Virus record (IMG/VR): IMGVR_UViG_3300005253_001115 | Coordinates: 1 to 64,000 of that record | DNA: 64,000 nucleotides | Reading direction: 5' to 3' (one strand) | In this document: positions 15,649 through 24,122 of the stretch, piece after piece | Position numbering within the stretch: position 1 is the stretch's first letter | How the letters are laid out: every line of letters begins with the position of its first letter | The notes under the pieces: model-generated | What the model was told of the DNA's origin: nothing | What the model saw: the letters and a program-made list of their open reading frames with translations, nothing else | The model's database searches: none | Made by a program: the position numbers and the translations under genes

Positions 15649-16242
15649 ATGGGTTGGGACCAAGAGATATCGCGACAGGATGTACAGGGACTCCTTTTGG
15701 ACCTTCTCGGGGTAGATCCGAACGAGTTGCTCCGGCAGGTGATCGAGCAGAAGCTCGCTGGGCTGGGGCTATCCTACGAGGTCGAGGAAGATCCCGCACG
15801 GGAAGAAGGTGATGGTATGGTCCACAGCTTCCACCCTCGGAAGATCACGTTCTCAGACGGCCGGGTTTTCGTGGAAACCATCACGGAAAGCGTCCGCAGT
15901 GACGATTGGGGCAGCGACCACTACGGATTCGTGGAGGCCGGAAAGCCCTACAAGATCCTGCACGTTGACTATAACGATAACGGCGAGGGGGACGAACCGA
16001 AGGTCACTGAGGAAATAATTCCGGGGTCCGATGGTAATGTAACTTCCCTCGATGAGATTCGTGAGAAGGGGAACGCGCTGACTCCGGGCATGGGGGACGA
16101 GATCAGCGACTTCTTCGATTCCCAGGGAATCACCTCCTTCGAGTTTGCGCCTGCCGAGGAGTGTGGCGGCGGACTCTGTGCAGCCTGCGGCGATGCCGAC
16201 GGACCTTCCAAGGTCTGCGACTGTCCGAACTGTCATGTCTGA
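15649..16242 (+). CDS. hypothetical acidic protein with Cys-rich C-terminus
   Basis: 197 aa. Confidence 0.7.
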   Translation: MGWDQEISRQDVQGLLLDLLGVDPNELLRQVIEQKLAGLGLSYEVEEDPAREEGDGMVHSFHPRKITFSDGRVFVETITESVRSDDWGSDHYGFVEAGKPYKILHVDYNDNGEGDEPKVTEEIIPGSDGNVTSLDEIREKGNALTPGMGDEISDFFDSQGITSFEFAPAEECGGGLCAACGDADGPSKVCDCPNCHV

Positions 16243-16573
16243 GTCCGTAATCGACAGCGGGAAGCTGATCCCAGTTGACCTGACCAGGGAAGAGGCTCTC
16301 GCAGAATGCGAACGTCTCGGGCTGGAATGGATTTTGGAGACTTACGAAGACGCCAAGGAAGCCCTGTGTTGTGAGACTGAAGAGTACGCAGACATTGAGG
16401 GACTGGGGTTCTGCCGGGTCGAAGGCTTCAAGACTGAAGATCCTACTACTGATTGGTGTACCCTATCGAAGAATGAGGACGGGAGCTACGACTTCCGGGC
16501 TAGCTACTACAACGGCGGGGCACATTGGACGGAGCTTGTCGAAGGGGCCTGGAGGAAGCCGAGGAATGGATAA
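16235..16573 (+). CDS. hypothetical protein
   Basis: Overlapping start at 16235. Confidence 0.6.
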   Translation: MSESVIDSGKLIPVDLTREEALAECERLGLEWILETYEDAKEALCCETEEYADIEGLGFCRVEGFKTEDPTTDWCTLSKNEDGSYDFRASYYNGGAHWTELVEGAWRKPRNG

Positions 16574-16736
16574 AGAACATCGGCATCCCAACGTATGGCC
16601 CGCTAAGTTGGGAACCCAGCCAGCACGGCATACAGTGACCGATCTTCTTAACCCTAATTTGCTTACCTACTACCACCTTGCTTCGAGTGACAGTAGATAG
16701 GATAGGCCCCGGTCGGCACCTTTTTGTTAGCCTGTA

Positions 16737-17024
16737 ATGATTGTTGCGTACCACGGCACTAGCCGGGAGAATGTTGATTCCATTTTGAAAGAAGGATTTC
16801 GAGTAGGTACCTATTTTGCCTATGCTATCGAAAATGCTAGAAAATTTGGTGGAGAGTGTGTTTTTGCTGCACAGTTCAACGAAGACGGATTTCGTGGGGA
16901 TAATGACGGATGGCAGTTTCATCTTCGCGATCCTCTAGCGCCAAGCGAAATTCTGTGGTTTGGGTCGTCTACATCCTGCGGTGCTCCGACGGCACGCTGT
17001 ACACCGGGTACACGAACGACATAG
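16737..17024 (+). CDS. small protein with ADP-ribosyltransferase-fold-like YHGT motif
   Basis: [18 protein letters not shown]...GTYFA. Confidence 0.5.
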   Translation: MIVAYHGTSRENVDSILKEGFRVGTYFAYAIENARKFGGECVFAAQFNEDGFRGDNDGWQFHLRDPLAPSEILWFGSSTSCGAPTARCTPGTRTT

Positions 17025-17221
17025 AGGCTAGGCTAAAGAAGCACAATGCCGGAAAAGGCGCGAAGTACACTAGAAGTAGGCTACCAACAGTAGTCTGCTA
17101 CACCTCCCGGTGGGGCAGTAAGTCGCTCGCTATGCGTTGTGAGGCTGACATTAAGAAGAAGACGCGAGCCCAGAAGCTAGCTCTCATTGAAGATCGAGAC
17201 GAATGGGGCTATGGTGACTAA
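16955..17221 (+). CDS. GIY-YIG nuclease, YhbQ/UPF0213-like
   Basis: [18 protein letters not shown]...[15 protein letters not shown]. Confidence 0.85.
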   Translation: MVWVVYILRCSDGTLYTGYTNDIEARLKKHNAGKGAKYTRSRLPTVVCYTSRWGSKSLAMRCEADIKKKTRAQKLALIEDRDEWGYGD

Positions 17222-17232
17222 AAGGAAACCGA

Positions 17233-17658
17233 ATGGACATCAGTAAGACATCGAGTACGTATCGAAAATATGTAGCAGGAGCCAAGAGCTACGCAAGGTT
17301 TTTCGATAAGCACTTCTTCAGCAGCGACATGGAAAGTGTTGGCTTTTGCTCTATGATGCGGACCATTTACTTCTGGAGACCCCTCATCGCCACTACCCGC
17401 GTACTGATGATGGCTATGACGGTTGTGATAGTCTGCGCGGCTTTTTACCTCAAATCGACGGAGATCCTAGCGGGTATTGTGGTATTCCTTTTGCTTGCCC
17501 TGCTTGTCTGGGTGGCCAAGATAGCGGTTTTGGCTGGTGGGGATTACTTCGACTCAGCAGACGAGTCTCTATTATTTCAGTGGGCAAAAGCCTCACACGA
17601 CAAGGTTTGTCCGCTCGTTACCTTTACCCCCACGGAGGAAGAAAAATGCGACGAATAG
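17233..17658 (+). CDS. membrane protein
   Basis: Two TM segments. Confidence 0.6.
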   Translation: MDISKTSSTYRKYVAGAKSYARFFDKHFFSSDMESVGFCSMMRTIYFWRPLIATTRVLMMAMTVVIVCAAFYLKSTEILAGIVVFLLLALLVWVAKIAVLAGGDYFDSADESLLFQWAKASHDKVCPLVTFTPTEEEKCDE

Positions 17659-17789
17659 CTTTGATTATCAAAGAGTGGTATGTCGTCCCCGGTGGTATGG
17701 TGGTGTCGATTCCCTTTTTACTGGCCATCGTTCTACTGTGCGTAGGTGCCGTCGGCCAAGCTACCCTTAAATTGATTTTTTAGGAGAAT

Positions 17790-18398
17790 ATGATGTTTGA
17801 AGTTGGTCTTTTGGTCGCGGGCTTTTTGGCTCTTCCCTGGTACGTTCTGAGTATCTTGGTGATCGTCTTTCTATGTGACGTTGGGGCGGCATCGAAGGAT
17901 GAGTTCGCTTTCGCCACTGGAGCAATTATCGTAGGGCTGCTTCTTGTCTCTGGTCTAGGCTGGTGGACAGAGGGCTTCAATCCTCTTGGGTGGGCATGGA
18001 ACAATCCAGTGGATGTGATTACTGGCTTCGTGGCCTACTCGTTGATCGGGTGTCTCTGGAGTGTTGCCAAGTGGAAGCTGTTTCTCCGCAAGTCGTTCAA
18101 GCGTTCTGAGAAGAAATTCGAAGAGGCCCTGACCAACTTCCAACGCATGCTGGACGAGGTGGCAAACGGGACTAGGCACCACGCGCCCACTGACCCGCCG
18201 AAGAAGACACGACCGAGCGAGTCGTTCGCCAGCGAGAACGCCGGTCGCCTGACGGGCTGGATTTTTCACTGGCCTTTCTCGGTTCTGGGTGTTCTGGTCG
18301 GTGACGTTATCATCCGGTTCGCGGACACTTGCTACAAGGCGCTGCACGGACTGTTCGAGCGCATGGCTCGGGCGCAGTTTGCGGGGTATGAGGAATGA
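17790..18398 (+). CDS. membrane protein
   Basis: Several TM segments; AGGAG RBS. Confidence 0.7.
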   Translation: MMFEVGLLVAGFLALPWYVLSILVIVFLCDVGAASKDEFAFATGAIIVGLLLVSGLGWWTEGFNPLGWAWNNPVDVITGFVAYSLIGCLWSVAKWKLFLRKSFKRSEKKFEEALTNFQRMLDEVANGTRHHAPTDPPKKTRPSESFASENAGRLTGWIFHWPFSVLGVLVGDVIIRFADTCYKALHGLFERMARAQFAGYEE

Positions 18399-18607
18399 GA
18401 AACCCCAAAGAGGCTTTGACCAAAGCAGGGTATGAGGCGTACCGGGCACATTTGTGGAACCTGCGGGAAGCTTTGTTCTTCCTTACGGGACACGCTGAGG
18501 ACCTGGAGCTAGATGCTCTTGACGACGGAGAACTGTGCAGAGGGCTGTATACCCTTGAGGGGGCCTTGCACACGCATAGGTTGGTATTGTTGGGCGAGTC
18601 CCGATGA
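18395..18607 (+). CDS. hypothetical protein
   Basis: ATGA overlaps on both sides. Confidence 0.6.
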   Translation: MRNPKEALTKAGYEAYRAHLWNLREALFFLTGHAEDLELDALDDGELCRGLYTLEGALHTHRLVLLGESR

Positions 18608-18996
18608 GGAATGAACCTACCTGTGAATGTATCGTCGATGGCTGCAAAAACCGTATCTCTGCCTTGGACGACCAATTCTGGTGCGGTGAGCACGGTGGAG
18701 AGACAATGTACGAGATGACAGACCGTAAGGGTTTGGTCGCTGCACAGAAAGCCCTGCGTCAGGAGCAGCACGGCACAAAGGAGGTACAGGGCACGCCGAT
18801 CGACGAGAATAAACCCATGACTGTTTCTGAGATGATAAGCGTGGTCGCTTACGAGCAGGGTACGGATGTTCTGGGCGGCACCGAGGAGGTGGAGATTCCC
18901 GACCCAGCTCCTACCAATTTGACCACTATCTTGACCACTACGGCCAGCGTAACGATTACCAAGCCCCGCGAAGCGAACCGTTTGAAGGCGCGGTAA
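18604..18996 (+). CDS. hypothetical protein, N-terminal C3H cluster plus internal tag variant
   Basis: CIVDGC...FWCGEH; TDRKGLVAAQKALR. Confidence 0.65.
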   Translation: MRNEPTCECIVDGCKNRISALDDQFWCGEHGGETMYEMTDRKGLVAAQKALRQEQHGTKEVQGTPIDENKPMTVSEMISVVAYEQGTDVLGGTEEVEIPDPAPTNLTTILTTTASVTITKPREANRLKAR

Positions 18997-19277
18997 TGCT
19001 CTGTACGATATGCTGTAAATGCGGCAGGTGGTACGGCCCCTGGTACGAGGAGCCCAGAAACTGCCTTGGCCAGTGGTATTTTGACGAGGCCGGGAAGCAG
19101 CGCTACAATAGTTGCGATCATTTGCGCTGTGGGGGTTGCGGGAAGGGGGACTTTCCCCTACCCTGTGAAGGTGAGAAAAAGGTGCTGAAAGCTCCTGGGG
19201 GCGCTCCTAGGAAAAAGTTCAATCGAAAGAAGAAAAAAAACAAGAATCGGAACAGAAATCGCTCAAGAAATGGCTAG
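18996..19277 (+). CDS. Cys-rich protein with Lys/Arg/Asn tail
   Basis: CCKCG...CGGC; RKKKKNKNRNRNRSR. Confidence 0.6.
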   Translation: MLCTICCKCGRWYGPWYEEPRNCLGQWYFDEAGKQRYNSCDHLRCGGCGKGDFPLPCEGEKKVLKAPGGAPRKKFNRKKKKNKNRNRNRSRNG

Positions 19278-19346
19278 GCTGTCCGATACTACACTAAAGA
19301 GCTTGTGCATCGCGAAAACTTTTCGGGTGCTTATATATTGGATACA

Positions 19347-19424
19347 ATGATGGTCTCAGTAAAACAGTCCCAATCGAAGCCGAGTCAGCCCAGTAATCCT
19401 GGGCAGGAGACTGGTGTGCTGTAG
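19347..19424 (+). CDS. putative attenuator leader peptide (25 aa)
   Basis: Leaderless ATG after TATATT; followed by a terminator. Confidence 0.45.
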   Translation: MMVSVKQSQSKPSQPSNPGQETGVL

Positions 19425-19450
19425 CTCGAACTGAAACGAGCGACTTTTCG

Positions 19451-19484
19451 CGCCCCGGCCTCCAACGACCGGGGCGTTTTTTTT
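19451..19484 (+). terminator. intrinsic terminator upstream of second tRNA array
   Basis: cgccccgg...ccggggcg plus T8. Confidence 0.8.
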
Positions 19485-19496
19485 GGAGGTACCGTT

Positions 19497-19910
19497 TTGG
19501 CTGGAAGAAATAAATCACCCAATTGTAAAAATGGTCACCCGTTTACAAAAGAGAACACGCAAGTACGGCCTAACGGCGCTCGCAGATGCCGTACCTGCCA
19601 TAGAGCGGAAAACCGAAAATACGATAGAGCAAATGTACTGAAGAGGCGTGAAGGGCAACTCAAGATCAAGTACGATATTTCTGCTTACGACTACGAAGAA
19701 ATGCTGCGCAGGCAAGGTAATGTTTGCGCTATATGCAAAGAAGGTTCTGATAAAGTTTTTCATGTAGATCACGATCATTGTACTGGGGAAGTTCGTGGAT
19801 TGCTGTGCAAGCCATGTAACGTTGGTTTGGGTTGGTTCAGGGATAACCGGAAAGCGCTTTTGGAAGCTTCAGAATACTTGCTTCAAGACTCCAGAAGTGG
19901 CCAAAAATAA
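19497..19910 (+). CDS. endonuclease VII-family (HNH) homing endonuclease
   Basis: CAIC...VDHDH.TGEVRGLLC..CNVGLG. Confidence 0.88.
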   Translation: MAGRNKSPNCKNGHPFTKENTQVRPNGARRCRTCHRAENRKYDRANVLKRREGQLKIKYDISAYDYEEMLRRQGNVCAICKEGSDKVFHVDHDHCTGEVRGLLCKPCNVGLGWFRDNRKALLEASEYLLQDSRSGQK

Positions 19911-19980
19911 GAAGGCAAAAGGATTTTATTGCGACCGTTCCTGTATGGCGCGGGATTTCGGACGCGGAAGAAGTAAATGT

Positions 19981-20055
19981 TCCCCGTAATGCACAAGGCG
20001 TGCAGTCGTCCTGTTAAGGCGTATGAGCTAGGTTCGATTCCTAGACGGGGAGCCA
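19981..20055 (+). tRNA. tRNA-Asn(GTT)
   Basis: CT-GTT-AA loop, G73, CCA. Confidence 0.9.
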
Positions 20056-20067
20056 ATTTAAGGCAAA

Positions 20068-20159
20068 CAAAGGTCATATCCCGGTCGCCAGAGAGGCGGT
20101 ACGGGTATCGCGACAGGCGATAAGGTAGGCTAGCGTTTGTATAGCCGGGAAGTTCTTTG
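20068..20159 (+). ncRNA. uncharacterised multibranch RNA carrying GACAG hairpin copy 6 (20106-20122)
   Basis: Outer caaagg/tctttg and tcccgg/ccggga helices; inner cgcc-AGAGA-ggcg and tatcgc-GACAG-gcgata. Confidence 0.55.
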
Positions 20160-20164
20160 CTCCC

Positions 20165-20239
20165 GGCCCTTATAACTCAATTGGCAGAGTGCCGGGCCTG
20201 AAGCCCGGATGTTGCAGGTTCGAGTCCTGCTAAGGGCCA
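20165..20239 (+). tRNA. atypical tRNA: 8-bp acceptor (His-like G-1:C73), loop CC-TGA-AG
   Basis: Perfect stems, no U33, no CCA. Confidence 0.6.
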
Positions 20240-20247
20240 CAGAGAGT

Positions 20248-20262
20248 GCCGCGACAGGCGGC
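20248..20262 (+). repeat. GACAG hairpin copy 7
   Basis: gccgc-GACAG-gcggc. Confidence 0.85.
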
Positions 20263-20283
20263 GAGCGACCGGCAACAGTTTAA

Positions 20284-20360
20284 CAGGGTGTAGTTCAGTC
20301 TGGAAGAATCCTCCCCTCGGAAGGGAGAGGTCGTTGGTTCAAATCCAACCACCCTGACCA
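20284..20360 (+). tRNA. tRNA-Pro(CGG)
   Basis: ctccc-CT-CGG-AA-gggag, CCA. Confidence 0.92.
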
Positions 20361-20380
20361 TTTGATTACGAAAGGATAAA

Positions 20381-20652
20381 CAGACGGGCGGACAATCGCT
20401 CCAAGGAGAGGAAAGTCGGGACTGCACGGTACAGCCTAGAGGGTAACACCCTTCCACCGTGAGGTGCGTGACGGCAACAGAGACGAGCCTATTTGGTTAG
20501 GTTGAAACGGGCGACAGCGTGGGCGCAGCAACCGAAAGCAGGGGACATTGATCGTACCAGAGAGTCCCCGGGTATCGGGCAAAGATTCTAGTGGTAACAC
20601 TAGAGCAAGACGAATGATTGTCGATAACAGAATCCCGCTTATAGCCCATCTG
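20381..20652 (+). ncRNA. rnpB: RNase P RNA (compact, bacterial type)
   Basis: GAGGAAAGTCGGGAC and AACAGAATCCCGCTTA (P4), GCAACAGAGA, TGAAACGG, terminal P1 cagacgggc/gcccatctg. Confidence 0.93.
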
Positions 20653-20670
20653 CAATTTTAGGAGAAGAAC

Positions 20671-21108
20671 ATGTTGGCATTGGAAGATTTGGCAGGAGCT
20701 GACGAAACATTGGTTCGTGACCATATCGTGTGCGAGTTCGAGATCGAGGAGAAGGAGCTTGACGGATTCGAGGTCTTGATTGCTTACGAGAGTTGCGGTA
20801 GTTGGGGTTGCGATTCGAGCAACTGGTTCTTGCTCCGCAAGGACGGGCAGTTGTACGAGAACCACGGCTCGCACTGCTCGTGCAACGGGTTCGAGGAGCA
20901 GTGGGCTCCTGAGGAGACGAGCGTTGATTACTTGTTGTCGGAGAAGTTCTACTTTCCGTCGGGTGGGTACGACACCAACGGAAACGAAGAGGCCGTGAGT
21001 CGAGAGATTCGCCGTTTTTTTACAGTGACAGAAGCGACTGGCCGAAGGGCTGCAATCGCTGCACAGAAGGCACGGGCCGCAAACCCGTACATTGAAACGG
21101 AGGAATAG
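20671..21108 (+). CDS. hypothetical protein with C-terminal RRxAIxxQKAR tag
   Basis: GSHCSC motif; ends TGRRAAIAAQKARAANPYIETEE. Confidence 0.75.
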   Translation: MLALEDLAGADETLVRDHIVCEFEIEEKELDGFEVLIAYESCGSWGCDSSNWFLLRKDGQLYENHGSHCSCNGFEEQWAPEETSVDYLLSEKFYFPSGGYDTNGNEEAVSREIRRFFTVTEATGRRAAIAAQKARAANPYIETEE

Positions 21109-21114
21109 AAATAT

Positions 21115-21191
21115 TGGGAACTAGCTCAACTGGCTAGAGCGTCGGTCTCTGACACCGAAGGTTCTGGGTTCGAACCCCAGGTTCCCAACCA
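21115..21191 (+). tRNA. tRNA-Gln(CTG)
   Basis: tcggt-CT-CTG-AC-accga, CCA. Confidence 0.92.
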
Positions 21192-21199
21192 TACATTAT

Positions 21200-21275
21200 G
21201 GACCCCTAGCTCAACAGGTAGAGCGGCTGTCTCTTAAACAGCAGGTTCAGGGTTCGAGTCCCTGGGGGTTCACCA
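21200..21275 (+). tRNA. tRNA-Lys(CTT)
   Basis: gctgt-CT-CTT-AA-acagc, CCA. Confidence 0.93.
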
Positions 21276-21280
21276 TATAT

Positions 21281-21326
21281 CCGGGTGTAGCGCAGTCTGG
21301 TAGCGCGCCTGCTTTGGGAGCAGGAT
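21281..21326 (+). pseudogene. 5' half of tRNA-Pro(TGG), T arm and acceptor 3' strand lost
   Basis: D arm and cctgc-TT-TGG-GA-gcagg intact, then sequence switches. Confidence 0.8.
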
Positions 21327-21419
21327 TTGGGTGGCACTACTTGCCCAGAAAACTTACAGCCTTTGTGCCTTAATTGCCATAGAGACAAAACGGTACAGGA
21401 GTCGAAAAATAGAAAATGA
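21327..21419 (+). pseudogene. C-terminal remnant of an HNH endonuclease
   Basis: LGGTTCPENLQPLCLNCHRDKTVQESKNRK-stop, no start. Confidence 0.75.
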
Positions 21420-21421
21420 TT

Positions 21422-21496
21422 CGGGGTATGGCGCAGAGGCAGCGCGCCGCGTTTGGGACGCGGAGGTCGAGATTTCGAAATTCTCTACCCCGACCA
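21422..21496 (+). tRNA. tRNA-Pro(TGG)
   Basis: ccgcg-TT-TGG-GA-cgcgg, CCA. Confidence 0.88.
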
Positions 21497-21503
21497 TACA
21501 TAA

Positions 21504-21591
21504 GGACCGGTAGCAAAATTGGCTGAATGCAGCGGACTTTTAACCCGCAGGAGAAATCCCACTGTGAGTTCGAATCTCACCCGGTTCACCA
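21504..21591 (+). tRNA. tRNA-Lys(TTT) with long variable arm
   Basis: CT-TTT-AA loop; gga-GAAA-tcc extra arm; CCA. Confidence 0.8.
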
Positions 21592-21597
21592 TATTAA

Positions 21598-21685
21598 GGA
21601 AGAGTGGCAGATAGGAATCGCGCCCGGTTGCTAACCGGAGGCCGGGGGCAACCCCGAGTGGGATCGTTACCCACCTCTTCCGCCA
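21598..21685 (+). tRNA. tRNA-Ser(GCT)
   Basis: TT-GCT-AA, long variable arm, G73, CCA. Confidence 0.88.
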
Positions 21686-21692
21686 TACATAT

Positions 21693-21767
21693 TGGGGTGT
21701 CATCCAACGGCTAGGATACCGCTCTTTGAAAGCGAGGATAAAGGTTCGACTCCTTTCACCCCATCCA
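21693..21767 (+). tRNA. tRNA-Gln(TTG)
   Basis: cgct-CT-TTG-AA-agcg, CCA. Confidence 0.88.
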
Positions 21768-21770
21768 TTT

Positions 21771-21856
21771 AGAAGGTACCGTGCAGGGCACAAACTGGGC
21801 TTGAACCCCAGGGCATCGCGAGAGCGGTGGGAGATCGTTACTTCTACCTTCTGCCA
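21771..21856 (+). tRNA. tRNA-Ser(TGA)
   Basis: ctggg-CT-TGA-AC-cccag, long variable arm, G73, CCA. Confidence 0.8.
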
Positions 21857-21973
21857 TACAGCCAGGAAGAGTGACAGAGCGGCTATTGTGCCTGTTTCGA
21901 AAACAGTGGCCTGGGCGAGAGCCCAGCGGGGGTTCGAGTCCTCCCTCTTCCGGTACTTCTACCTTCTGCCATA
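21839..21973 (+). repeat. 20-bp direct repeat of the tRNA-Ser(TGA) 3' end (21839-21858 / 21954-21973)
   Basis: tacttctaccttctgccata occurs twice. Confidence 0.9.
21865..21952 (+). tRNA. tRNA-Ser(CGA), no encoded CCA
   Basis: TT-CGA-AA, long variable arm, G73. Confidence 0.88.
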
Positions 21974-22016
21974 TTGGGTGTCGTTCCTACGTATTATTTG
22001 TATGTAGGGGACTGAA

Positions 22017-22430
22017 ATGGCTCGTGTTTTTGACAATCAGCCGGATACAATATATCCAATTACAGCGCCCACGCGCCGTAAACTGGCTGTAGCTCTGGAA
22101 GATACGGAAGCAGCCAATGAGCTTGTTGACGCCATAGATTCTTCCAGATCTGTTGAGATTTCTCAGGTGTCCTTGCATCATACAGCCCTAGCCATAGATG
22201 ACGTTATTTTATGCGACGCGACCAACGGGCCAGTTGTCGTTACTCTTTTCCCTGCAACAGAAGCCAACTCCGGGAAAGTCCTAGAGATCAAGAAAATCGA
22301 CCCCACAGGAAACATTGTGACTGTGGACGGCAATGGCGCTAACATAGATGGTGGTCCGACTGCTGTGTTAACCATTCAGTTTGAAACAATCACAATTGTT
22401 ACTGCCGCTTCGGCATGGTGGATACTATGA
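22017..22430 (+). CDS. putative virion structural protein
   Basis: Beta-rich, DATNGPVVVTL...IKKID..GNIVTVDG tail-fibre-like segment. Confidence 0.6.
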   Translation: MARVFDNQPDTIYPITAPTRRKLAVALEDTEAANELVDAIDSSRSVEISQVSLHHTALAIDDVILCDATNGPVVVTLFPATEANSGKVLEIKKIDPTGNIVTVDGNGANIDGGPTAVLTIQFETITIVTAASAWWIL

Positions 22431-23626
22431 CATACAGACCCTTTGTTGAAGACAGCAAGGCTGCTTTTGGAGAACTTCAGATATCGGAGTTGTCCCCAGT
22501 CTTTCAGAATACTTTTGAATACACGGTGGATAATACTGAGTTGCTTACCAACACCGTTGTTGCTGGTGGCACGGTAACTCAAGCAAACGGAATGGGGACG
22601 GTAGGTACCTCAACAACGACAGCAAGTACCGCATTGATGGAATCTAGGCAACATGCAAGATATCATGCTGGACAAGGCGGTCTATCAAGATTCACTGCCC
22701 TTTGGTCTGCTCCGGTAGAGGGCACTGAGATGTATGTTGGACTAGCGGACGAGATTGGCTCTATTGCTGCTTTTGAGAATGGTTTTATGGTAGGGTACGA
22801 TGGAGTTACGTTCGGCTTCCATAGGTTTCAGAACGACACCAAGATTACTATAGCATTATCCGAGTGGGATGATCCGCTAGACGGATCAGGCCCTAGTGGC
22901 ATGACTATAAACACAGCCATGTTGAACGTTTTTCAGATTCAATTCCAATATTTAGGAGCGGGACCAATTAAGATCTTCATAGAGGATGATACTAACGGCA
23001 AATTTATCTTGGCCCACACAGTGAGTTATGTCAATCAGAATACTGAACCGTCCGTCCATAATCCTAATTTCCACCACATCATGTGGGTAAACAACGGCGG
23101 CACAACAAGCGATATGATTATCAGGTCAGGCTCTTTCGGTTTCTACATCGAGGGAAGAACAGATTTGATACAACTTCATCAGCCTCAATTTGCTTCCGGC
23201 ACTCAGCAAAAAACCAGTGTCACAGATGAGGTTGCCATTTTAACGATCAGAAACAAGACTACATACGCCTCGAAGACGAATTTCATAGATATTTTGATTC
23301 AAGGATTATTGGGTGCCATTGATGCAAATCAAGCGTCTAATATTGGGGTAGTTCGAATTGTCAAAAATGCAACACTTGGGGGTGCTCCTGATTATTCGGA
23401 CATAAACTCTAGTGATTCAGTGGTAGAGATGGATACCGATGGAACCGACGTGACAGGTGGACAGGAGTTGATAGGTACTCCGCTTTCTGGACAAAATGAT
23501 AAAGACGATAGAGACGTTACCGATTTGAAAATCATTCTGAATCCAGGGGATACCTTGACTGTTGCAGGCTCCAGTGGCAATAGTGCTACAATGGCTGGAG
23601 GCATTCTTTGGCGGGAGCTGTTCTAG
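22427..23626 (+). CDS. putative virion structural beta-sandwich protein
   Basis: About 400 aa, T/G/N-rich, more AT-rich codon usage than flanks. Confidence 0.6.
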   Translation: MTYRPFVEDSKAAFGELQISELSPVFQNTFEYTVDNTELLTNTVVAGGTVTQANGMGTVGTSTTTASTALMESRQHARYHAGQGGLSRFTALWSAPVEGTEMYVGLADEIGSIAAFENGFMVGYDGVTFGFHRFQNDTKITIALSEWDDPLDGSGPSGMTINTAMLNVFQIQFQYLGAGPIKIFIEDDTNGKFILAHTVSYVNQNTEPSVHNPNFHHIMWVNNGGTTSDMIIRSGSFGFYIEGRTDLIQLHQPQFASGTQQKTSVTDEVAILTIRNKTTYASKTNFIDILIQGLLGAIDANQASNIGVVRIVKNATLGGAPDYSDINSSDSVVEMDTDGTDVTGGQELIGTPLSGQNDKDDRDVTDLKIILNPGDTLTVAGSSGNSATMAGGILWRELF

Positions 23627-23647
23627 CACCTACACTAAAGGGTAACC

Positions 23648-23929
23648 ATGCAAGAGGTGCCCGATATCAATCTAATCCCCCACGAGGGCGACATTATCTG
23701 CGACGAGTGCAGACAGGAGGCAAGTTTTCTGATCGGTCCCGAGCCGATAAATGACGGCAAGAACAGGTGCAAAGCATGCTTTGGGCAGCATTATCCACAG
23801 TACAAGGACGCCGTGACAGACTTTTCTGACCTCCTAGACTTGATGCTGGAGATGCAGTCGCGTATGATGACGACGGACATGATGCACGAATTATACGGGA
23901 ACCAAGAGGAACCCGAAGAAAAGGATTAA
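23648..23929 (+). CDS. hypothetical zinc-finger protein
   Basis: CDEC...CKAC. Confidence 0.6.
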   Translation: MQEVPDINLIPHEGDIICDECRQEASFLIGPEPINDGKNRCKACFGQHYPQYKDAVTDFSDLLDLMLEMQSRMMTTDMMHELYGNQEEPEEKD

Positions 23930-24017
23930 GGAGAGTTGCCAGAGAGGCCAAATGGGCTTGCTTGGAAAGCAATGCGCGGTAAAACGCACGGGGGTTCGAC
24001 TCCCCCACTCTCCGCCA
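23930..24017 (+). tRNA. tRNA-Ser(GGA)
   Basis: TT-GGA-AA, long variable arm, CCA. Confidence 0.92.
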
Positions 24018-24018
24018 C

Positions 24019-24116
24019 AATGAAGTCAGAAATCCGAGTTCGAGTCCCGGCGGGGATCTTACCGCGACAGGCGGTTGATGTTCCCTGTAGGTTAATTGGT
24101 AAACCACTGGCGCATT
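24019..24116 (+). ncRNA. second circularly permuted tRNA mimic (YrlA-like topology) with GACAG hairpin copy 8 (24061-24075) capping the acceptor-like stem
   Basis: gtcag..T arm (TTCGAGT)..cgggga/tccctg..ggtt-AATTGGTA-aacc D arm..ctggc. Confidence 0.75.
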
Positions 24117-24122
24117 TACAGA

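Noticed and set aside
15668-15682. tcgcgacagg resembling the GACAG hairpin
   Set aside because: It is inside a CDS and lacks the GCG 3' arm, so it was not counted.
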